Shown in pieces: positions 24,001 to 35,961 of a DNA stretch of 64,000 nucleotides. This stretch comes from Mobula hypostoma (taxonomy: Eukaryota). The translations under genes and the position numbers were made by a program. The notes under the pieces are model-generated. The model made no database searches. It saw only the letters and a program-made list of their open reading frames with translations, and had not been told where the DNA came from. Each line of letters begins with the position of its first letter. The first letter of the stretch is position 1. Location: positions 88,476,001 to 88,540,000 of the forward strand of contig NC_086108.1 in NCBI RefSeq assembly GCF_963921235.1, given 5' to 3'.

Positions 24001-26487
24001 TACAGTGAACTTTATAAATCTCAGTTTCCAGCTGATCCTTCTAAAATGAATGCCTTTTTAGAAAAGATTGATTTTCCTAAAATATCTGTTGAAGATCAAC
24101 AAATTCTTGATACTCCTTTTGCTGAAAGAGAAATTCAGAAAGCTATTTTTTCCCATGCAATCTAGTAAAGCTCCTAGACTGGATGGTTTTTCTGCAGGAT
24201 TTTAGAAAACATTTGAAAATTTGCTTACTCCTTATATGTTGGAAATGTTTAAAGATTCTTTTTTGTTAGGAGAGTTACCTTCTACATTTTATGAAGCTTC
24301 TATTTCTTTAATTCTTCAGAAAGATAAAGAGCCTACGGATTGTGCTTCATATAGACCCATCTCATTATTAAATATAGATGCAAAAATTCTTTCAAAAATA
24401 ATGGCTAATTGGTTGGAAAATATACTAGCTAAAATTATTTCTCAGGACCAAACAGGTTTTAGAAAAGGCCGTTATTCTTTTTCTAATACTCGGAGACTGT
24501 TAAATGTTATATACTCATCCCCCTCGAAAACCCCCCAATGTGTTGTTTCTCTTGATGCTGAAAAGGCATTTGATAGAGTTGAATGGAAATATTTATTTAA
24601 CGTTTTAGAGAAATTTAACTTTGGTACTAATTTCAATAAGTGGATTAGAATGATATATAAAAGCCCTATTGCCACTGTAATTACTAATAACTCTAGATCC
24701 CCCTTTTTTTGACTTTCGCGGGGTATTCCTTTATGGATGTGTTTCAAGAAGGCCGATTTATGTCCTTGGAGAAATTAGTAACTAAATACTCTTTCATACT
24801 CACACTTTTTGCAATATCTTCAGGTCAGACTTTTTTTTTTTTACAAGAATATTTAAGTAATTTTCCATATATACAAGATTCTGACCTGTTAGACACTATT
24901 TTAAAAATCAACCCTTTAGTGAAAGGTTTTATTGGGAAAATTTATAATTTAATATTACAACAGGATAATTATCCTCTATTTAAGATTAAGCAAGATTGGG
25001 AAAGAGAGCTTAACATGACCTTGATAACAGAGGATTGGTTGCGAATTTTGAAGTTGGTTAACTCTTCTTCGATTTGCGCCAGTCATTCTTTGATTCAATT
25101 TAAAATTGTACATCGTGAATATCTGACAAAGGAGAGACTGTCTAAATAATTTCCTAATGTTAATAGTCAGTGTGATAGATGTAAACCTGAGATAGCTACA
25201 TTGACACATATGTTTTGGTCATGTTCTGTACTAAAACAGTTTTGGAAATCTATTTTTTCTACAATTTCTAAAGCTTTAAAAATTAATTTACAACCTAATA
25301 AATTGACAGTTTTATTTGGTATAATTCCTCAACATATTCATGGTATTTCAATATCAGACCAATATGTAATTGCACTTGTTGCATTATTACAGACATCCCA
25401 CCTCTCCCAGAACTTCCAGGAGTCTCCTGCATATTAATAGTGGCTCCCTGATGCCCGCAAATTATATACAATATCACGGAAATCAATTTTTTTGAGAGCG
25501 AGCGAGAGAAAAGCAAGAGAGAGCGCGAGAGCGACCACGAGAGAGAGCGCGCGCGAGAGCAAGCGAGAAAGTGAGAGAGTGAGCAAGCAAACGAGAGCGC
25601 TTGAGAGCACGTGAGCGAGAGAGAGAGAGCGCGAGCGAGAGCGTGCCATGGCAGAGTGTTCCAAAAACATATAAAACGTACATCACCTCATCCTACACTA
25701 AAGTGTACCCCTGCCTAATAGGGGTCAAAAATAATGACAGTGTTGCTCACTGCACTGTTTGCAACAGTGACTTTTCTATTGCCCATAGTGGGTTAAGACT
25801 GTAAAAGACATGTTGAGGTGAGTTTAACAGGTGTCATTCGTTCATTAGCATAGCTAACGTTATTTAAACTAGCTGGCCAGCTGCTCAGGAGCTACTCTAT
25901 TGCAGACATCCCACCTCTCCCAGAAGTCTCCCGCAAATTGATGGTGCTACCTCCCTGAAATGAGCTTTTGCAGGGTGGGATGTCTGTTATTGGCTAGAAG
26001 GGCTATTTTATTAAAATGGAAAGATGCTTCTGCTCCCACTTCGATACAATGGTTCTCTCAGGTGATGCTATGTCTTAGTTTGGAAAAAAATCAGGTCGAA
26101 CTTCTGATCCTCAATTTGACTTTGAGAAAAGGTAGAGCTCCTTTGCCTGCTACTATCATTTGATTTGAGTTAATTAAGATGGTTCCCTTCTAATTCTTGG
26201 GTAAATGGATTTGGTTGGCAGATTGATGTCTTTTTTTTTTAAATAGAAGCTTGAATGGTGTATAGCTCCAGGTTTGTGCTCCAAATGGGTTTTTTTCCTC
26301 ATTGTTTTTGTTTGTTAGTTGGTTTTTTTTGTTTTAGTTTGTAGGGGTTCTTTTTTCCTTTTTTTCCCCCCAAAAAATATAGCTTTAACATTTTGTTTTT
26401 TTTAAAATTATTATTGATATATTGTTTAGTTTGGTTAATAGTTTGACTCTTATTATACTTACAGATAAAAGAAATTAAAAACAAACA
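21060..26487 (+). mobile_element. L1-clade LINE with both ends intact, decayed ORF1/ORF2 and internal RT deletion
   Basis: ORF1-like 21298-21979 (LEAKSRQNTIR, FYEDYP, SLRYPARLKL); ORF2 from about 22799 (ISWNIRG, GGDFN, YRPISLLNIDAKIL, LDAEKAFDRVEW, CDRC...HMFWSC); A-rich tail; TSD AAAGTTGTGAT (21049-21059, 26488-26498) at a TT/AAAG site. Confidence 0.92.
25390..25986 (+). mobile_element. Non-autonomous hAT-like DNA transposon inside the L1
   Basis: TIRs CAGACATCCCACC / GGTGGGATGTCTG; internal BED-finger remnant AHCTVCNSDFSIAH.G..DCKRH; GA-rich repeat at 25495-25642; L1 frame VALLARR is restored on removal. Confidence 0.8.
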
Positions 26488-28670
26488 AAAGTTGTGATAT
26501 TACCCTTATTACATGCCCTTTCCAGCTCCATTTGCAATCTCATCCCCATAATCAAGGCTACTATTTGAAGGCTTATATATGATTCCTATGTTTTTTCTTA
26601 CCCTTGCAATTTCTTAACTCCACCCACAGATTTGACATTCTCTGACCCCATGTCACCTCTTTCTAAAGATGTAATTCCATCTCTTACCAACAGAGCCACA
26701 GCACTGCCTCTGCCTTCCTGCCTGCCCTTTCGATATAATGTATATCCTTTGATATTACGCTCCCAATTACGACCTTCTTCCAGCCATGACTGAGTGATGC
26801 CCACAGCATCATACCAACCAATCTCTAATTGCACCACGAGTTCACCCCCTTATTTCAAACACTACATGCATTTAAATATAACACCTTCAGTCCTGCATTC
26901 TTTGCCTTTTGAATTTTGCTTCTGTGGTACAATTCAACTCTTCACACTATCTGCATTTGTACTCGGCCATTGGCTTGTCCTTCCTTACATTCATGTTAGA
27001 CCCATCATCTACTTGTAAACCTGCTGGCTCATCCTCAGCTCTATCATACTGGTTTCCATCCCCCTGCCATATTAGTTTAAATTAATTTAGTAACAGCTTC
27101 AGCAAACCTGCCCGCAAGGATATTTGTTCTCCTCGGATTCAGGTGCAACCTGTCCCAGAAGAGGTCCCAATGATCGAGAAATCTGAATCCCTGCTTCAAT
27201 TCTTCAGCCATTCATTTATCTGCCACCTCATTCTATTCCTATCCTCACTGTTACGTGGCTGTAATCCCGAGATTACTACCCTTGAGGTCCTGCTTTCCAA
27301 TTTCCTTCCTAAATCCATGTTCTGCTTTCAGGACCTCCTCCCCTTTTCTACCCATGTCCTTGGTATCAAGGTGTACCTCAGCTTCTGGCTACTCCCCCTC
27401 CCTTTTCAAGATATTGGGGATTTCAGGATATTCAGAAACATTGTGGACCCTGGCACCTAAGAGGCAAACTACTATCCAGGTTTCTTTTTCACATCTACAG
27501 AGGTCCATGGTATAAAAAAGGTTGGAAACCCCTGATTTGTGACCAACTTTCACAACACTGTTCAACAACGTAGAATACTAGTGCATGAATATTAAAATGC
27601 AGAGTTAATTAAAATCAGATAACAAGTGGCTCAATGAAAGTCATTTAAATTTCTAACATCAGTGACATGCTAGAAGTGCTAGGTTTGGACTTGCAAATCT
27701 TGAACTGTTGTTAAGTCAGGTGGTTCTGAGGCAGATAAAGGCCCACCAGCCCAGGATCTTATACAGATTAGGCATCAAGGAGTTTCTAATGCTCCTTTTT
27801 ATGACTATCAATATTGACATCATACAGACAACCAATTTGCATTTAAGTGCACCAGTCCAACACGAGAACAACAGTTAAAGTTGGCTAGATTTAGGGCTGG
27901 GCTTACCATTTGTTATAGCTTATGAAGCGGGTAGACTTTTTTCCTCACCATTCAGGTCAGATCAAATAGATCTGCAAGTCCCCATTTGGAGAAATGACTG
28001 AAAGACTCATGTCCTCACTTTGTTTACAGTTAAGAGAAGATGGAGATGCCCTTTAATGCTTGTACAAGCAGGAACATTGGTTTGTTCTCAGCTTTGGTGG
28101 TGTAATAAGACTTCTTGGACCAACCTAATGCAAGGAGGACCAGTATCCCAATAAAATGAGATATCCCCTGTTCAGTACAGGACTGTTTGTGATCAAGAGC
28201 AACAGCAGAATTGTCGAGTTTCCTGATGGGAATAGAAAACTCTGGTGACTCCTGACAGGCTTAGAAAAAGCAGGCGCTCAGGTGCTTCTCTTCCTGGACA
28301 AGCTCAAAGCAAAGCATTGGACAAGAATCAAAACTTGAAAAGTAACTACATGCATGCTTCTAATTGGAAGCCAAATACTGGAAATGCGGCTAAAAATATT
28401 GAAAAAGGGTCATCTAAATTCTGCTCTCAGCCTCCAGAAATTCAACAAGCTGACAACATACCTACTGACTATGCAACATAAATGCCACCTTCCTGTTGGA
28501 AATGCACACCCTCCTAGACAAACTGAACATTCTCAAGTGTTATCAGAATTAGACTGCCTGGTCTTTGTTTAATTATCGAACAGATGCCTAGAGAATGATC
28601 ACTGCCAGAACAAAACCCAGGTTTTAAACAGAAAATATCACCCAACATTAGAAGTTGCCATTTAACTGAC

Positions 28671-28768
28671 CTCTTGTGATCTGGTGGAGGACGAAAGATG
28701 GCTGCTGTAGGTTGAATCAGTGCTAGCCCCATAACTATACATCCCAACACAGGGTGAGACCCGGCACC
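28671..28768 (-). CDS. FRRS1: FRRS1-like exon (third b561 heme His)
   Basis: GAGSHPVLGCIVMGLALIQPTAAIFRPPPDHK(R); tttgtag| ... AG|gtcagt. Confidence 0.93.
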
Positions 28769-29294
28769 CTACAAAAAAAGAAAAGGAAAAAAAAAAATTC
28801 ACATGCAGAGAAATGCAGTACTTCACAAATCTAGTGAAGAAAGGTGGTATTGGCGGAACATTGTTTCATTCGGTGGTCTACATGTATACGGTTGAATAAC
28901 AATAAACTTGACTACTTAATCCAAGGTAAATCAAGTTGTTTGTTCTGAAATGAAAAACATTAAATATTCTATCCTCATTACTATCAAACCTAAATGGAAA
29001 CAAGTTTTGCTTGAAATGTCAGTGACCAATCTGATGAATTATTCTCAATCCTCTCCTCTTTTGCTGTATAACTAGTTTGTTATCTATTCCGCTGCTCAAC
29101 CTCACACGCCAAGTACCTTCAACATCAGTTAACCTAGCTGATCACCTTTAAAAGTGATTCCAAAGTTCATAAACAAGCCAGGATTAAAGGAACATTAGCA
29201 AGATGGAACCAAATTTCCAGTCAGAAATTAATCAGAGGCAGACTCAATCCTAACATCCCAACACCCTACAGACATCTAATAACTCAAAAGGGTT

Positions 29295-29878
29295 AGAACA
29301 GTTCAGCACAGGAAGAGGCCATTTAGCCCACAGTGTTGTGCCGAACCAGCTAAAAAGCAAATCAAAGATACCCAAACATTAATCCCTCTTACGTAAACAA
29401 AGCCCATATCCCTCCATCTTCCTTATATCCATGTTCCCATCACAACATCTCTTAAAAGCCTCTGATGTATTTGCCTCTACAACCATACCAGGCAGCGCAT
29501 TCCAGGCATCCACAACTCTAAGTAATTAAAGGAAAAACTTGCCCCTCACATCCTCCTTGAATCTACTCTCTCACCTTCTTAGACATCTCAACCCCAGGAA
29601 ACAAATACTCCCTGGCTATTCAGTCTATTTTATAAACCTCTATCAAACCTCTGCTCAAGCCTCCAGAGAGGGGGAAAAAAAAATCAACCCAAGTTTATCC
29701 GGCCGCTCCTGATAGCACATGCCCTCTAAACCAGGCAGCATCCTGGTAAACAACTTCTGCGCCCTCTCCAAAGCCTCAACGTCCTTCCTATAGTGGGGTA
29801 ACCAGAACGGTACGCAATACTCCAGATGTGGCCTAACCAGAGTTTTATAAAGTTGCAACACAACCTCTTGACTTTTGA
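29295..29878 (-). mobile_element. CR1 3' fragment
   Basis: ORF 29655-29921 LYKTLVRPHLEYCVPFW. Confidence 0.8.
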
Positions 29879-30810
29879 AGATTGAATATTTTTTCTTGAA
29901 GAATGCATTTACAACAAGCACTCCGTCACCATTCAGGACAACAAAGCCCTCGTAGCTGGCACCCCATCCAGCCTAAACATACATTGCCCCACCACCATCT
30001 CACTGGGCACTGCAGTTACTCATCTCAGCTCTTTTCACAGCACAAACTTGCAACTTCTTCTGTCTGGGTCAAAGGCAGCAGGAGAACGCTTACATCTGCA
30101 GTGTTCTCTGATCACATCATCTTGGGGCACAAATTCTACAACCCCCTCCCTAGGGCAGAGCAGGAATACATTTATTACAAGAGTTACAGAGAGTCAAGCT
30201 GTTGGTTCACTACCATCTTCATGGACAAAAGTTGGTACACTGCTAGTGACACTCGTATTCCAAAACTGAATAAAAGACACACATGACAGGCAAAGTCAGT
30301 AAACTCCTCAGAAGTAGAAATTTAAAAAAAAATAATAACTTCAGTTCCAGAATCTGGAAATTCAAAAAACTCTGCATCAGGCAGCATCTGCTGAGAGAAA
30401 GAATTAACATTTCAGAGCATGGATCCTTTAGGTGATATGTCTTTGACCTGAAGCATCAACATAGTTTCTACAAATGCAACCTGACATACTGAGGCCACTT
30501 CCTCAGAAATAAAATCATGTTGCTTAGTGTGAAATGGTGTCAGCTTGGAGGACCAACTGTCACAATACAGAGATGGTTAACTCAAACTACTTAACTGATC
30601 ATTACACCAGAGGGTTGAAATTCGTTTAAGGACTGTCACAATACATAAAACAAATTATGCTTGTTATACATGTTGCAAGATTTTTGAGGAAATTACATTT
30701 CATATCAACATTTGATTTTGGGGCTGAAACTTAAAAAAGGAATGTTACATGCACAAGAATGTTTCAAATTATTTAACCAATAAACACATTTAAAAAATAT
30801 CAAAACTTAC

Positions 30811-30897
30811 ATGACTCCAACCTTTTACTTGGACGAATGCCAGCACAAAGCCAATTATTGTCAATACAACAGTCAGTATCATCAGAGGCCAGTGCAA
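30811..30897 (-). CDS. FRRS1: FRRS1-like exon (second b561 heme His)
   Basis: LHWPLMILTVVLTIIGFVLAFVQVKGWSH; ttaattag| ... CAT|gtaagt. Confidence 0.92.
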
Positions 30898-31946
30898 CTA
30901 ATTAAAGAAGAAAAAAACTATATTACCTTTACATGCTAGATATGTTAATAATATAAATCTCACAAAAACATGCAAGGATTCGGATTTGATAATTAAAATA
31001 AAAATGAAGAAACTCTTCTGACAACACTTGCAGTAATAAACAGAGTGCCCTGTGCATAGCTCGAAATCCTGAGATTTGTGGGCATATTAAATTTGGTAAC
31101 AAAGTGCAGAACCCCTCCAGGAGGCCCTCCATAATTCAAAATGGGACAAATTTTAAATTCTCTCATTTGATTTTTCTTGTTTTCCAGATCTATCTTTTGA
31201 GGTATTAAATACTGTTGTGTACCCAACCTACTTACTTTGATTTACCTGAACCTAAACAATATCATAGATTGTGGATATGTCAACGATAGTTTTGATTGTA
31301 TCATCCAGCATTTATATTCTATACTTGACCTATGAAAATGTGCCTTCTATCTACCTGTGTTTTTACTCTTATTGTGCTGGATACCTTTAGATTAGATTTC
31401 TACACATCATATCCAATATGCTGTTCTAGCATTTTGCATTTTATTTGACCAGAATTTACACTGAGTCTGGAAGGCTGCTGTGCTATTTGCCCCACAAATA
31501 TGATGAACTGAGACCGAGGCTCCAGGGATTTGGGCCTAGGGAATTAGTTTGGTTTGGAAAGCTGTGCTCACTTCTATTGTATGTGTTGTTTGTAATTATT
31601 TTTCTCTCTGCGCATTGGGTGTTGGTCTTTATTGTTTTTTTAAAAATTGATCCTTCCTGGTTTCTTGCTTTGTGGCTGTCTGTAAACAGCCAAATATCAA
31701 GTTTGTACAATTTATGCATTCTTTGATAATAAATGTACTTTGGGAATCAATGATTAAGTTGAGAATCAAAGAAGTTATCCCAAACTTCAAAAAGCCCGAA
31801 GCACATGTTAAAAAAAATTTTTTAAATCTGAAGTCAAAGTTATTAAAAGACAATGCTCGAGTTGAAAAATGGTAGCAATGAAGCACATGGAAAATACAGT
31901 GGAGTAAAATAACACATTCTGAAATCAGAAAATCTATAAATTGTAC

Positions 31947-32062
31947 CTGAAACCAAAGGTCCTTGCCAAAAATCTTTTTTGTATTTCCTATGCACTTAAA
32001 ATACTGGGCAATCAGCATACCAATACTTCCAGTCGTCATCCAAGCTATTAACATCAGTGCAC
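31947..32062 (-). CDS. FRRS1: FRRS1-like exon (b561 TM1)
   Basis: (G)ALMLIAWMTTGSIGMLIAQYFKCIGNTKKIFGKDLWFQ; ctttaaag| ... CAG|gtacaa. Confidence 0.95.
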
Positions 32063-32359
32063 CTTTAAAGAGAAATGAAAGGGCTTTATTTATTATATAC
32101 CATTTTAATAGCACAACTTTGGATGGTTTATTTCTGGGTTCAGTTTCTCCAATGAGGGAGAAGTCTGGTGTACTCCCTTGACCAAAAGTTATAGTACAGA
32201 TTTATCACATGTACATGGAAACATACAGTGAAATGTACCATTTGCATTGAGATCCAACACATCCTAGCACCTGCTGGGAGCAGCTGGCAAGGTTCTGGTT
32301 CCAACATAAAGTAAACAATATCATAGATTGTGGATATGTAACAATAGTTCTGATGGCAT

Positions 32360-33395
32360 CTTTGAAGCCACGTGTCAGTCACAAGAGTGAACTGTCCAGG
32401 GGTGGCCATACGTCAATTTTTTTCCCCACACACAAGTTCAGATGTGCCATACAACTCTTGTACCCCATTCAATTCTGGTAAAAAATGTTAATATAGAACC
32501 CGTGCATTGGGGTGGGGGGAATGCGTCTGAACTCATATGAAAAAATTGATGCATAGAATGTAAAAGGTTAAGCAAATGATCAAAGACTGGTTTACTCTCA
32601 GTTCCCAAGCAATGGAAACTATGAAACAATTGATCTTCCACTGATACCTGCAATAATTCTATTGAGTAATGTTTTGCAATGGACCCTAAAGTTAATTTAA
32701 TATTCATTGAAAGTTTTGCACTCTCTTGACATTACAACCATTGCCATTGAACCTTACACTCATACTTTCACAGGTTAACCTGTTTGATAATATAAATAGC
32801 TGGTCGGAAAATTAATTTAAGGAAATTCAATTAAAGTTGGTCACAAATAAATTGGACATAGACTTTGAACTGACTAAAGAATACCTTTGTTCATGAATAA
32901 GAGTGGCTCACTAATAGTGTAAGCACCAGGTCTTCCTCATCGCCAGATCTGTCAGAGAAATCACTCAAAAACACCAGTTTCGGACGGAAGTAAAGAGAAC
33001 TTTATTCATGATATCATGGGGAGTGTAACCACTAACAGTGGGTTTTGAACTCCAAATATACAGGGAGCACAGCTCCTTTTATACACGTACAAATTGATTT
33101 GCAAAAGCAAAGTCTGTTCGATTCCCTTGTGAATTACCTTGTTTCCCTTGTGAATTACAAAAGCTAGGTTCTCATGCAGTTCCCTTGGGATAAGCTGCAC
33201 CCATTGCAACAGCCAAAGTTTTAAAATATTCTGTCAAAGACAGTTTGCCCATCTGCCTGAGGCTGATTCTTACAAAATAAGCTACTGCAGGAAGAGTATT
33301 TATTCTCTGAATTGTCTCTGCTAAAAGCCAAGCCCATATCTATATAAACTATGCTGCAAACTAGTTTCCACACTCACAAAAGGCAATATTAACCC
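32360..33395 (-). mobile_element. Gypsy-like remnant: LTR (32950-33395), PBS, leader, possible gag start
   Basis: On minus: TATAAAAG, AATAAA, LTR end ...TCTGACA, then TGGCGATGAGGA (32934-32945, like the tRNA-Ser PBS TGGCGACGAGG); MATPGQF..D.W from 32409. Confidence 0.55.
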
Positions 33396-33963
33396 AAAAT
33401 ACTCTGCAGATGCTGGGGTCAAAGCAACACTCACAACACGCTGGAGGAACTCAGCGGACTGGGCAGCATCTGTGGAAACGAATAGTCAATGTTTCAGGCC
33501 GAGACCCTTTGTCAGGACTGAAGAGGGCAGGGGCAGGGACCCTATAAAGAAGGTGGGGGGAGGGTGGGAAGGAGAAGGCTGGTAGGTGCCAGGTGAAGAA
33601 CCAGTAAGGGGAAAGATCAAGGGGAGGCAGGGAGGTGATAGGCAGGAAAGGTGAAGAAGGAATGGGGGAAAGCACAATGGGTAGTAGGAGGAGGCGGAAC
33701 CATGAGGGAGGTGATAGGCAGCTGGAGGAGGGGGTGGAGTGAAACTGGGATGGGGGAAGGGAGGGGGAAGGGAATTACCAGAATTTGGAGATGTTTGGAA
33801 TGTTTATGCCAAGGGGCTGGAGACTACCCAGACGGTAGATGAGGTGTTACTCCTCCAACCTGAGTTTCGCCTCATCGTTGCAGAAGAGGAGGCTATGTAT
33901 GGACATATCCAAATAGGAATGTGAAGCAGAGTTGAAGTGGGTGGCAATCGGGAGGTCCTGTCT
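33396..33963 (-). mobile_element. Penelope-like element 3' end (GIY-YIG C-terminus plus terminal repeat with degenerate hammerhead)
   Basis: DLPIATHFNSASHS...EAKLRLEE*HLIYRLGSLQP; CAGTC-CTGACAA-AGGG..CCT-GAAAC at about 33484-33520. Confidence 0.85.
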
Positions 33964-35553
33964 GATGCACCATACAACTCTTGTACCCTGTTCAATTCTT
34001 GTAAAAATGTTAATATAGAACTTGTGCGGTGGGGGGGGGGGGCGGTAGAAGAAAAACACACCTGAACACGTGTGAAAAAAATTGATGCAAATGATCAAGT
34101 ACTGGTTTAACCTCAGTTCCCAAGTAATGGAAATTATGAAACAATTGATCTTCCACTGATACCTGCAATAATTCTATTGATTAATGTTTTGCAATGGACC
34201 CTAAAGTTAATTTAATACTCATTAAATTAACATTAAAAGTTTTGCACTCTCTTGACATAACATATACATGGTAAACGGTAGGGCATTGAAGAATGCAGTA
34301 GAACAGAGGGATTTGGGAATAATAGTGCATAGTCCCATGAAGGTGGAATCTCATGTGGATAAGATGGTGAACCTACTTTATTAGGTTAACCTGTTTGAAG
34401 AAAGCTTTTTGTATGCTGGCCTTTATAAATCAGAGCATTGAGTATTGGAATTGGGATGTAATGTTGAAATTGTATAAGGCATTGGTAAGGCCAAATTTGG
34501 AGTATTGTGTACAGTTCTGGTCACTGAATTATAGGAAAATGTCAATAAAATTGAGAGAATACAGAGGAGATTTACTAAAATGTTGCCTGGGTTTCATCTC
34601 CTAAGTTACAGAGAAAGGTTGAACAAGTTAGGTCTTTATTCTTTGGAGTGTAGAAGGATGAGGGGGGACTTGATAGAGGTATTTAAAATGATGAGGGGGA
34701 TAGATAGAGTTGACGTGGATAGGCTTTTTCCATTGAGAGTGGGGGAGATTCAAACAAGAGGACATGAGTTGAGAGTTAAAGGGCAAAAGTTTAGGGGTAA
34801 CATGAGGGGGAACTTCTTTACTCAGAGAGTGGTAGCTGTGTGGAACGAGCTTCCAGCAGAAGTGGTTGAGGTAGGTTCGATGTTGTCGTTTAAAGTTAAA
34901 TTGGATAGATATATGGACAGGAAAGGAATGGAGGGTTATGGGCTGAGTGCAGGTCGGTGGGACTAGGTTAGAGTAAGAGTTCGGCATGGACTAGAAGGGC
35001 TGAGATGGCCTGTTTCCATGCTGTAATTGTGATATGGATATACAACAACAATTGCCATTGAACCTCGTACTCATTAACTACTTTATTAGGATAACCTTTT
35101 TGATAATACAAATAGCTGGTCGGAAAATTAATTTAAGGAAATTCAATTAACGTTGGTCACAAATAAATTGGACAGACTTTGAACTGACTAAATACCTTTA
35201 TTCATGATATCATGGGGAGTGTAACCACTAACAGTGGGTTTTGAATTCCAAATATACAGGGAGCACAGCTCCTTTTATACACGTACAAATTGATTGCAAA
35301 AGCAAAGTCTGTTCGATTCCCTTGTGAATGACCTTGTTTGCCTTATGAATTACAAAAGCTAGGTTCTCATGCAGTTCCCTTGGGATAAGTTATACCCATA
35401 GCAACAGCCAAAATACTGCAGGTACAGTATTTATTCTCTGAATTGTCTCTGCTAAAAGCCAAGCCCATATCTATAACAAACTAAGCTGCAAACTAGATTC
35501 CATACTCACAAAAGGCAATATTAACCCTCTGTCTATCAAAATATTAACTCACA
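33964..35553. repeat. Second copy of the 32443-33395 segment, carrying a CR1 insertion; includes the LTR 5' end (TG at 35553 on minus)
   Basis: Direct homology gatg..ccatacaactcttgtacc ... ctcacaaaaggcaatattaaccc. Confidence 0.85.
34262..35040 (+). mobile_element. 5'-truncated CR1
   Basis: ORFs 34395-34604 and 34580-34966; same subfamily as the antisense copy starting at 35962. Confidence 0.9.
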
Positions 35554-35961
35554 ATCTTTTCCTCCACACTGTGAATCTTAAGTTTTTATTAATATTGGTT
35601 AAAATTTGGTTGATACAGTACTATACAAATGTCTTGGGCACTCTAGCTATATACATGCAACCAAGACTTTTGCACAATACTGTACCTTAAACCTTTCATT
35701 TCTGGAATTATTCTCATGAAACTTCCCTGGACCTTCTTCAATGCCAGGACGTCTTTTCTTAGACAAGAAGCTGAAAACTGTTCACAATGCTCCAAGTGCA
35801 ATCTGACCAATACACACTGTACTGTATTCTATCTGACACTTCTTTGCCCATTCTTTTTATCTGGCCAAGACCTTCTGCAGACTCCCTTCTTCCTCAAAAC
35901 TACCTGTGCCTCCATGCATCTTCGCATCTTCCACAACCTTGGCCACAAAGCCATCAATTAA

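Larger units (their letters stand above)
19190..27500 (-). mobile_element. Long degenerate CR1 (5' region, EN, RT), split by an L1 insertion
   Basis: ORFs 19363-19677 (SGVPQGSVL, KLADDMK), 19929-20183 (GPDGLYPRVL), 26598-26837 (YDAVGITQSWL); host contiguous across 21059/26499. Confidence 0.8.
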
